DNA of 64,000 nucleotides from Pholidichthys leucotaenia (Eukaryota): NCBI GenBank assembly GCA_020510985.1, contig CM035846.1, positions 202,587,081 to 202,651,080 of the forward strand, read 5' to 3'. Shown piece by piece: positions 24,554 to 34,400 of this stretch (position 1 is its first letter; each line of letters starts with the position of its first letter). The notes under the pieces were generated by a model. It saw only the letters and a program-made list of their open reading frames with translations, ran no database searches and was not told where the DNA came from. The position numbers and the translations under genes were made by a program.

Positions 24554-25383
24554 AGCTCTACCGTGTGTTGACTATCTCCGCAATGCATACAGAGATTTAA
24601 CTCACGGCGACGTTGTCTCTCCGCCGGGGAGAGCTTTGTCCAGCCCGTCACCATCGGCTCCGACTCCTCGGGGCGCGATGGTGGCGGCGTCGCCAGGGGG
24701 CGAGCTTGGGGCAGGTGCGACGAGGCTCCACGAGGGAGAGAAGAAGACGACTTCCGTCCCCAGGAGCGCTCGCGCAGCCTGTTGTCCAAACTGATGGCTA
24801 GGGATGTTAGCTCCGCTAGCGTCTCAGGGATATCCCGCCCAGCCAGTTCATCCCTCAGATCATCATTGAGACTGCGGAGGAAAAGGCCACAGAGGGAGCG
24901 TTCCTCCCAGCCTAATTCCTCCGCCGCTACCTGGAAGTCGACCGCGTAGTCCGCTGCCAACCGGCTTCCCTGCTGGAGGGCGAGAAGCCGATCGACCTGG
25001 ACCGTCTCGGTACGAGAATGGTCAAAGACTTCCAGGAAGCGTCTCACGAATTGGTCATATGTGAGGGTGGCATAACTGGGCCTCGCCATTACGGCGTAGG
25101 TCCAAGTTAATGCTCGCCCCTCCAGGAGATTCCCGATATAACCAATTCGGCTATGATCTGAGGGAAAGTCTCCGGGCACATGATGGAACACGGACTCACA
25201 TTGCATTATGAACCCCCGCGCTCCGCCGAGCTTTCCGCTAAAGCGGGCGGGGGTCGGAATGGGCGTGAGCCGAGTCGGTGCCGCCGGAGCCTGCTGGACG
25301 GCCACTGGAGTGGCAGGAGCCGCGCCACCCTGACGAGCCGGGGGGAACGGCTGTTGGGGGTCCAAGGGGTCCAAGCGGTCCAA
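24511..25383 (-). CDS. gag: gag (CCHC knuckle CMHCGDSQHTVELC)
   Basis: 290-aa ORF homologous to copy A gag. Overlaps the PR ORF by ~40 nt in another frame. Confidence 0.8.
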   Translation of the reverse strand: MDRLDPLDPQQPFPPARQGGAAPATPVAVQQAPAAPTRLTPIPTPARFSGKLGGARGFIMQCESVFHHVPGDFPSDHSRIGYIGNLLEGRALTWTYAVMARPSYATLTYDQFVRRFLEVFDHSRTETVQVDRLLALQQGSRLAADYAVDFQVAAEELGWEERSLCGLFLRSLNDDLRDELAGRDIPETLAELTSLAISLDNRLRERSWGRKSSSSLPRGASSHLPQARPLATPPPSRPEESEPMVTGWTKLSPAERQRRRELNLCMHCGDSQHTVELCPQKPNGGVRESL

Positions 25384-25515
25384 TCAGTTAGTTATATTTA
25401 TTAATTGATTGAGGATCACCTGTTGCTGATAAGCTATCTGATCCACTCGAGCCTCAAGAGTGGTAAGCCGGTGTGCGAGCCCGCCGTCTGCCGAGCCGCT
25501 CTGCTGAAGCCGTAC

Positions 25516-26087
25516 TGACATAACGCACGGCTCAGGAGACGCACACACACAGGCTCAGAGTAGTTCAAATAGTTTATTAACAACAGGAGTGTATGAATGT
25601 GTGTCTGCGGGATGTAAATGTGTTGGTGGCGGCGTCTGCTTCGGGCACAGAGGCAGGAGGCCGTACAGCCGGACAACCCTATGGGAAAAGCACAAGGAGA
25701 AGGGTGACGGGCACACACCAACACAGGAGATATATGAGCGAGAGAGGAGCTTACTTGGATAGGACAGATGACTGGCACAGCAAGGGACGAGGTCCGGTAG
25801 ACAGCCACCTGGAGAGCCCGGTGCAGCAGCGAGGAACAGGCGATGGAGAGGCGTTGTCCGCCGCCGGGAAATCCACCTGTGCACAGGGGAGCAGACTTGG
25901 AAGGGAAAGGAGGTAAGGTCTTCTTACCAGAATGATTAGCTGAGGATGAAAGGAACTCACAGCGATGCGTAGGGAAGTCTAACGGCTTCAGGCCGAAGCT
26001 CAGGGCGAGGCGGCTTAAATCCCTCGCCGCTGATGATGTGCAGGTGTGCGTGCAGGTGGCGCCGCTGATGAGCGGCGCGGCGTGACA
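25516..26087 (-). repeat. 5' LTR of copy B
   Basis: Direct repeat of 20617-21188. The PBS-region 'gtacggcttcag' complement is adjacent, as in copy A. Confidence 0.85.
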
Positions 26088-26165
26088 TCTACGTAATCTT
26101 GTTTTTATTTATCTCTGGAAAAGAAGGTGATTTAATTGCAGGTAAATAACACAAATTAACCTTGT

Positions 26166-26571
26166 TTTATTCATTCATTCATTCATCTTCTTCCGCTTAA
26201 TCCTTTTTGGGTCGCGGGGTGGCAGGAGCCTATCCCAGCATCTTTGGGCGAGAGGCAGGGTACACCCTGGACAGATCATCAGTCCATCGCAGGGCCAACA
26301 CAGAGAGACAGACAACCTTTCACTCTCACAGTCATACCTAAGGACAATTTAGAATGCCCAGTTTTGATGCCAATTAACCTAACTTGCATGTTTTTGGCAT
26401 GTGGGAGGAAACCGGAGAAATCCCGGAGTAAACCCATGCAGACATGGGGAGAACACGCAAACTCCACACAGATCACTGTTGGTCAGGGGCTGGGATCGAA
26501 CCCAGGGTCCCCCGGCCAAGGGTGAGTTGCTGTGCTGCCGCAGTGCTAACCACTCTTCCACTGCGTCGCCC
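26166..26571 (-). mobile_element. tRNA-derived SINE, full length
   Basis: On the minus strand: tRNA-like head with box A (tggttagcactg) and box B (ggttcgatccc), then a conserved body (…gtttcctcccacatgccaaaaacatgc…ggataggctcc…) and a (TGAA)n tail. Confidence 0.7.
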
Positions 26572-26599
26572 CCTTGTTTTATTCATTGAACAAAAGATA

Positions 26600-27224
<625 letters not shown>

Positions 27225-28770
27225 TTTTTTTTTTTTTTTTTCTTTTTTTTCCTTTGAAAGACAAAAGTAAAATAGAAAGATGTCTTTACCTTCTTTACAT
27301 GTTTCAACTGCACTGCAGCCTTCATCAGAAGAGTCAGCTGATTGCTGCCAGGTGACATTTATCAGCTGATTTTCGTAGGCGGGGCCAGCTCAGCAGATCT
27401 GTCAGATCCGCCGAGCCGGCCCCGCCTCCCGCCGTCAGATGGTCTCTGGAGAATGTGGTCCCAGGTGTGAGAAAGCATAAAGGCCCCCTCATCTCGGTTC
27501 ATGGTGTCTTTTCCCCGCTTTCTGATCTCTATTGCCTCCTTGATCCAACGTTTGTGTCTGTTGCTCTCCGATCCAATAATTTTTGTGTTGTCCCAGTCCA
27601 TGATGTGATTATTTCTTTTGCAGTGGTCCGATATAGCTGATTTTAATGTTTCTTGTTCTGCTTTTTCTTTTTGTGATCTTGTGAGTCGTCCTTGCGTTTC
27701 CTTCTCACATTCCTTTTGGTGTTCTTTTTTTCTTGTGGTGAATAATCTTCCGGTTTCTCCAATGTAGGTTTTGTTACATGATCTGCATGATATTTCATAT
27801 AATACATTGCATTTATTGTCTTGTTCTATTCTGTCCTTGGGGTGTACTAATAACTGTCTTAATTTTTTGTGTGGTTTGACTGCTGTGTTTATTTTGTATT
27901 TTTTCATGATCCTTTGAATTGGTTCCGTGATCCCTCCTATGTATGGTGTAGTTATGGTTTCCTTGTTTTTGATTTCAGCTTTTGTTCTGTGTCTTGTGTC
28001 CTGTTTATTTTCTTTGTTTTTGACTTGCTGTTTCCCTTTGTTTATGGCCCATACTGGATATTGGCAGCGTATAAGTGCATGTTTTATGTGGTTTTCCTCT
28101 TCCTGTCTGTCTTCTTGTTCCGTGATGATGGTGGCTCGTTCATATAATGTCCTGACGACTGATAGCTTGTGTGCTGTGGGGTGTTCCGATGTCCAAAGTA
28201 GGTATTGATCTGTGTGGGTTGGTTTCCTGTAGACTGTGATTTTTATGCTGCCATCCTCGTTGTGGTGGATTTTCATGTCCAGAAAGGCTATGGTGCCATT
28301 TTCCTCCTCTTCGTGTGTGAATTTTATGTTCCCCGTACTGTCTGTACTGTTCAGATGGTCAGTGAGTTCTTGTGTATGTCCTTTCCTTATTTTTTCCAGA
28401 ATGTCATCTACGTATCTCTTCCAAAGGGTGGGTTTGCATATTGTGGGTGCTGTGTTGATGGCTTTATTTTCCAGATCCTCCATAAAAAAACTGCTCATGA
28501 TGGCTGATAGTGGGTCTCCCATTGCAAATCCTTCTTTTTGTTTGTAGATTTTTCCTCTGAAAAATCTACAAACCGGGGCCGGCTCGGCGGCCGGCTCGGC
28601 GGATCTGACAGATCTGCTGAGCTGGCCCCGCCTACGAAAATCAGCTGATAAATGTCACCTGGCAGCAATCAGCTGACTCTTCTGATGAAGGCTGCAGTGC
28701 AGTTGAAACATGTAAAGAAGGTAAAGACATCTTTCTATTTTACTTTTGTCTTTCAAAGGAAAAAAAAAAA
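27225..28770 (-). mobile_element. Penelope-like element (PLE), 5'-truncated, with inverted terminal repeats
   Basis: ~215-bp inverted repeats at 27225-27440 and 28555-28770. The ORF encodes an RT C-terminus plus GIY-YIG endonuclease. Confidence 0.8.
27362..28522 (-). CDS. PLE RT C-terminal region plus GIY-YIG endonuclease (386-aa ORF)
   Basis: RYVDDIL motif, then VLYEISCRSCNKTYIGETGRLFTTRKKEH, which is the GIY-YIG signature. Confidence 0.8.
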   Translation of the reverse strand: MGDPLSAIMSSFFMEDLENKAINTAPTICKPTLWKRYVDDILEKIRKGHTQELTDHLNSTDSTGNIKFTHEEEENGTIAFLDMKIHHNEDGSIKITVYRKPTHTDQYLLWTSEHPTAHKLSVVRTLYERATIITEQEDRQEEENHIKHALIRCQYPVWAINKGKQQVKNKENKQDTRHRTKAEIKNKETITTPYIGGITEPIQRIMKKYKINTAVKPHKKLRQLLVHPKDRIEQDNKCNVLYEISCRSCNKTYIGETGRLFTTRKKEHQKECEKETQGRLTRSQKEKAEQETLKSAISDHCKRNNHIMDWDNTKIIGSESNRHKRWIKEAIEIRKRGKDTMNRDEGAFMLSHTWDHILQRPSDGGRRGRLGGSDRSAELAPPTKIS

Positions 28771-29099
28771 AAAAAAAAGGATAAATAATTGAAAGAAGAC
28801 AAAATGAACCTGTTTGACGTATTGCATGTTTTTAGAATTACATTTTACAGAAAATTTTGAAAAGTCTTTTCTTCAGTTTTAATTGTTCATTTATATTACT
28901 TGAATCTCCCAGTATTGTTAAAATTGATATTAAATATCCATATGCCCAAATATGTTAAAAAAACACACAGACTTCCATAGGGTGTCCTAATTTTTTCACA
29001 TGAATGTATGCTGTATATTCCAACTTAACAGTCTTCTGTGAAGCATTTTGAATAACATTAATTTGCAGGAAAGGTGCTCTGCAAAGTTTGATTTATTGA

Positions 29100-29622
29100 T
29101 ACTATATGTCAGGGTGGGTTGGGGACCATGCTCCCTCCTTCAGTTTTTTTTTCCATTCTGTGTTTCTCCTGCCTCAGTTCAGTTGTTTTTTGTTTTTTTT
29201 GTTTTTTAAATTTTCTGTTTTTATTCATTATCAGTCATGATATGTTCTTTATTCTGGTCTGGGGTTTGAGTTTAATGTTTTTGATTCTGTTTATTTTCAT
29301 TTGTCATAGTTGTGTATTCCCTGATCCTGTGTTTATGTTTTGGTTTGCCTTTTGTCTCTGCCCTCATGTTCCCGTGTGTGTAGCCTCTCCCTGCTGTCTC
29401 TGATTCCCCGATTGCTCCCATCTGTCTCATGTTGTCTTGATTGCTCCGCTGTCCCCATATACACCAGAGTTCAGTCCATGTCAGTTGTGGTGTCCTTGTT
29501 TGCTCTTTCCTGTTGGCGTGTTGCCCACGCTTCTGTCCAGCCTGTTTCTGTCGTGTGTACATTATCCTGCCAGTTAGTAGTTTGCCTTTGTTAAGCCCAC
29601 GTGCTGCTTTACTTTCTGTTTG
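29100..29622 (+). repeat. Repeat Z, copy 1 (about 80-85% similar to 43425-43955)
   Basis: Colinear similarity along ~520 bp. In the second copy Z is directly followed by W (43956-44040). Here it is followed by the inserted E modules. Confidence 0.6.
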
Positions 29623-29862
29623 CCTCCGCCAGGCCGAAGGCCAGGAGGAGGTTATGTTTTTGCCAGCATTTGTCTGTTTGTCTGTTTGTCTGTTGGTTAG
29701 CAAGATAACTCAAAAAGTTTTGGACGGATTTCGATGAATCTTTCAGGCCTTGTTGGAAATGGTACAAGGAAGAACTGATTAAATTTTGGGGATGATCCGG
29801 ATCACTGTCTGGATACAGGAATTTTTTAAATAATTCTTTAACATTGTGAGATACGGCCATTT

Positions 29863-30162
29863 TCAACATGTGTGCAGGGGCAATAGAGGGCGCTGGTCGT
29901 CGTGTCTGATGAACACAAACTCCGCCTTCTTCAAAGTTTTAGGCACAAAAGCACGCGGAAAACAGTGGTGGGCAGGGCCCGCCAGAGTGCCTGTGTTTGC
30001 GCTACGCTGCAAAAGCTGAGACGGGCAGCTGTCCGGCGCCGGATTATTTGGCAGAAATTCCCCGGCCAGCCATAGGGGCTGTGCAAAAACCAGCTCTCTG
30101 CCGGGGAAGTTTCCAAATCCTCTTTTTTCCGCGAAGCGCAAACCCAATAAAACCCATGGCAA
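29863..30162 (-). pseudogene. Gypsy integrase C-terminal fragment (antisense within module E)
   Basis: …PWVLLGLR…ELVFAQPLWL…EFVFIRHDDQRPL… is similar to KLPWVLLGLR…FVFVRHDAQR in ORF 63089..63997(-) and to 13380-13650. Confidence 0.5.
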
Positions 30163-30180
30163 CCATTATCGCACCTTCTT

Positions 30181-30672
30181 TTGTCCTGCGGCTCCGGAAC
30201 AGGGAGGAATCCCGGCGCCAGTAATGCTGCGCCTGATATGTGTGACTCTAATGCTAAAAGTGACTGCATCAGGGATTTTCGACCTGAAGTCGCACTTTGC
30301 TACACAGGGCCACAAAAACTGTGTAGCCAAATTCGATCGATGGATGAACATTTTCAGCCAGTGACAGAACCGACGCCTTCCAAATCCAATGCATCACAAG
30401 CAGAAGTGATGTTTTGTCATTTTGTGGCAGAGTACAATCTACCCCCATTGGTGGCAGATCACTTCAGTGATTTGGTGCCAACATTGTTTCCTGACAGCAA
30501 GAGCACTCAATTTTTTTGTGCTACTTGGCTTATTATTTTAACAGATGGACACAACACCAACACTTCAGTTTATTACCTCCGCCAAGGAGGTAATGCTTTT
30601 ACTACTGAACCACTAATCCTATCATTGTCAATCCAATTGCTAGTCATATGTTTTCATGCTCAAGGAATCTGA
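30181..30672 (+). pseudogene. hAT-superfamily transposase fragment (DUF4371-like region)
   Basis: …EVMFCHFVAEYNLPPLVADHFSDLVPTLFPDSK… resembles the conserved N-terminal region of ZBED/ZMYM1-type hAT transposases. Identical fragment at 40231..40722(-). Confidence 0.45.
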
Positions 30673-31075
30673 AAACGTACACACAAACACTGTGGGGGGG
30701 GGAACTGTGGCGCTTGGCGGAGGTCTGCGCTCTCCGAGTGCTTTTCTAGTTTGGTTATGTTTTTGCCAGTGTTTGTCTGTTTGTCTGTTTGTTTGTCTGT
30801 TGGTTAGCAAGATAACTCAAAAAGTTTTGGACGGATTTCGATGAAACTTTCAGGCGTTGTTGGAAATGGAAGAACTGATGAAATTTGGGGGATGATCCGG
30901 ATCACCGTCTGGATACAGGAATTTTTTAAAGGATTCTTTAACATTGTGAGATACAGACATTTTCAACATGTGCGCAGGCGCAATGGAGGGCCCTGGTCGT
31001 CGTGTCTGACGAACACAAACTCCGCGTTCTTCAACGTTTTAGGCACAAAAGCACGCGGAAAACAGTGGTGGGCAG

Positions 31076-31403
31076 TGAAGAAATACACTCCTCGATGTCA
31101 ATTTATGTTTTAATGACAAAGATGAAGGAGCCCTGCAGGGATACAAATATACAAATATAAAATGACCGCGGCAACTAAATGTGGAGATATGTAATAAAGA
31201 AACCAACATAACTGAATATAACTAACAGAATAAGTAATGAAGCAGAGAAACTTACAGTAACAAAGTCGGTAACCTGATGCAGAGGTTGTGTCATGAACAA
31301 TGGGGAAGCATGAGACAGAACAACAAACAAAATGGATGACTATCCCCTGTTGTTCCATAATATATTCCTTTGCGGCCCCTAGTGGCCGGAGGTAAACTCT
31401 ACA
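31076..31403 (-). repeat. 3' LTR
   Basis: Direct repeat of 36219-36556. Confidence 0.85.
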
Positions 31404-31416
31404 CCCCCCCCCCCCC
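31404..31416 (-). promoter_or_regulatory. Polypurine tract (poly-G on the element strand) abutting the 3' LTR
   Basis: ccccccccccccc on the plus strand, immediately internal to the LTR. Confidence 0.6.
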
Positions 31417-31459
31417 AGTCCGGAAACCAACAAACTGGAAGAGGTAGACGGACTCAATC

Positions 31460-34400
31460 CTATACCCAATGGCCCGTCTCAGGTTCATAGCACTTGGGCG
31501 GCCTCCTCGGGCGGCACAGCTGACGGGGTCGGGGCGATGCTGACGGTGGCCGTGACGCAGGAGATGGAACGGTCGGGGTTGAGACCGTCGGGGCAGGCGC
31601 CACTTGGGTGTCGGTTGCAGGGGCAGCCTCATCGCAGGGTTCCGGCACAGATGTGTCCCGAGCCGAGTTAGGGTGCTCGTCCGCTGACAGCTGAGAGCCC
31701 GGGCGGATATGTGGATACTCTCCCGCCAGGGCATAGGGTGTCGGCAATGGGGCAGCCGGTTGCACATGGGAATGGGGGGTCGCTGGTGTGAAGGCACGAA
31801 GGAACCGCCGGTTGCGTAAAGTGAGACGTCCCAATCCGTCAACCTTGACGCGATACTGATCATGACCCAGAGACTCCACCACCACTCCTGATCTGTCCCA
31901 CTTGTTAGGGCTCGGACCCAACTGATTCTGGAGGAACACCGACTTGCCAAGTGCCAGTGGTCGGAGTGGTCTCGAGTGTGTCCGTAGGGACTCAGTCGTA
32001 CGGGACAGGCGGGTCCGGAGGGCACCCTCCTTTGCCATCCATGCCTGGCGCCAGAGTGGTCGGACATACGGGTTAGAGAACTTCTCCAACCGGTTGACAA
32101 AGGGGAAGGAATCGCGAAGGGGGCGACCAAAAATGATTTGCGCCGGGGAGAGGTGGCAGTCAGGGTCGGGCGTGTTGCGCAATTGCAATATAGCACGCAG
32201 AAAGCGGTCGTGATCGAGGCTGCCTGCCGGGCCAGTATTGGACATCAAAAGACGCTTAGCAGTCTTCACAGCAACCTCCGCTCTCCCATTCGACTGTGGA
32301 AAACCAACTGAAGAGACACGATGCCTGACATGCCATAAGCGCAGGAAGTTCTCTGTGTGGCCTGCCATAAACTCTGGACCACCGTCGCTGGAAAGTTCCT
32401 CAGGAACGCCAAAGGTAGCGAAGAAGGAGCAGAGGTGGCGAACTAAGCCTGCCGAGCCTCCCAGGTCTGTGCCAGCTGAAGAGCTAAGATCTTCCACCCA
32501 GCCTGACAGTCGATCGCCAACAACCAAGTAGTGGCAGCCCCCATAGTCAAAAAAGTCAGCGAACACCGCCTCAAAAGGTGTGGATGGAGGTGGGGATGGC
32601 AGGGGGGGCGTAGCCGCCTGCGAAGGGGCATTCCGATTGCAGTCAGCACATCCATATCTGGTGGCCTGAATGTCTTTGGACATTCCAGGCCAATAGACTA
32701 TAGCACGGGCACGGTTTTCCATAGCAGAAACGCCTTGGTGAGCCGCATGGAGGTGCCAAAGGATTCTGTCCCGGAGGGACGAAGGGACCACCACACGGTC
32801 ACGATACAGCAGCACACCATCCTGAGCATAGATGGCCTCACACACTGGAGATAGGTCCGCCAGGGCAGGGTCATTTGCATCGACCACACCATCGTGTTCA
32901 ATGAGGTGTAGTAGCTGGACAAAGCATGTGTCCGCAGCCGTCTCTTGTGCTAGGAGATGCCAGGAGATTGCTCCAAGTTCCTGAGCGTCATCACGGATGG
33001 AAGCCATCAACGCTGATTCCACGGCATCAGGCACGCTCCATGACCCTAACGAGAGCACGTCCGCCGATCCCGAGGGCGAGGGATGCCTTGAGGTGGCATC
33101 AGCAGCATGGTTACTCTTGCCAGGCAGGTGCACTATGTCGAAGCGCCACGGAAGGGTACGTTGCTTGAGTCTGAAGAGACGAGAGTTTGTGATCTCATCC
33201 AGCGTACGGTCACCGAAAATCTTCACTAGTGGCTTGTGGTCGGTGACCACGACGAGGTTGTCACAGCCCTGTGTGAAGTACCTTGTCTGCTCAAGGCCCC
33301 AGGCCACCGCCAGGGCCTCACCCTCGATGGCAGCATAACGTTGTTCCGCTGAGGACAGAAATTGGGAACCAGCCAGGGTAATCCTCCAACCCCCCAAGCA
33401 ACAGTCCGGTGCGCCAGAGGTACAGTTACAATGTTGTTGTAGAAGGAAGTAACCGATACCTCGCCTGGACCAGTCTGGGCGGAGACAGGTACGTTTCTCC
33501 ATGTCGTAGATCTCCACGCCCTTGCAGATGGCACCAACAATGGCTTCTTTGGATTTTTGGAAAGCCTCCTCCAGTTCAGACGACCATGAAAACTTACAAC
33601 GTGGGCTGAGGAACGGTTTGAATGGCGCCATCGTGTCACGTAGCTGAGCATAGTTGGTCACTTGGTTGACGAGGCCAAACCAGCTCCTAATATCTGTCGT
33701 GGATTCCGGGGTGGGGAAGTCTCTGATAGCATCCAAATACTTCGGGAGCGGCTCGATAGTGGTGTCTGAGACCCTGAAACCTGCAAAGTCGACGGCCCTC
33801 TCCGCAAACTGGAACTTGTCTGCATTCAAAATGATGCCTGATCGGCCAACACGTGTGAGAAAGTCAATGGTCCTCCACCAGTGCTGCGCTAGGTCAGTGT
33901 CATAGTGGACAGTATCATCCACACAACATTCTTTGCGCTCAAAGTCCGAGAGGACAGCATCGAAACGCCGGTTGTACCCATCCCCCGATGACAGGAAACC
34001 TTGTGGTGCCCTGGTGTACCGCCATCGTCCGAAGGGTGTGATAAAGGTGGTAAGGTGACAGTCAGATTCCCGTAGGGGTACACTGTGGTAGCCATTCCAG
34101 GCGTCGGTGACAGTCTTCCAGGTGTTTTTCGGGATACGTCGCGCGAGGTGGAATGGGGATTCAGTGGCAAAGGTCTCCCGTTGACAAAACTTGTTAAGAG
34201 GCGAGAGGTCCACCGTTCTCTGCGGGGAGCCGTCATGTTTACGAGTGACTACCATACGATGGCACCAAGTCACCGGCTCACCGTATGGGACATGCTCAAT
34301 GACACCAAGGGCCTCATCCCGAAGGAGGTCATCATAAACCCTCTGCTGCCAGTGTATGGGGACGACGGCAGCTGTGTGGCACGCTCTCGGTGTGGCAGCC

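Larger units (their letters stand above)
20617..26087 (-). mobile_element. Complete Ty3/Gypsy chromovirus-like LTR retrotransposon (copy B, related subfamily)
   Basis: 572-bp LTRs with about 5 mismatches. TSD is TCTAC (20612-20616 and 26088-26092). Lies 124 bp downstream of copy A in convergent orientation. Internal gag-PR-pol is colinear with copy A. Confidence 0.9.
29623..30749 (+). mobile_element. Composite non-autonomous module E, copy 1 (X plus Y, 1127 bp)
   Basis: Begins CCTCCGCCAGGCCGAAGG and ends GCTTTTCTAG. Contains an antisense Gypsy integrase fragment, a sense hAT-transposase fragment, and a (gtctgttt)n stretch. Confidence 0.5.
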
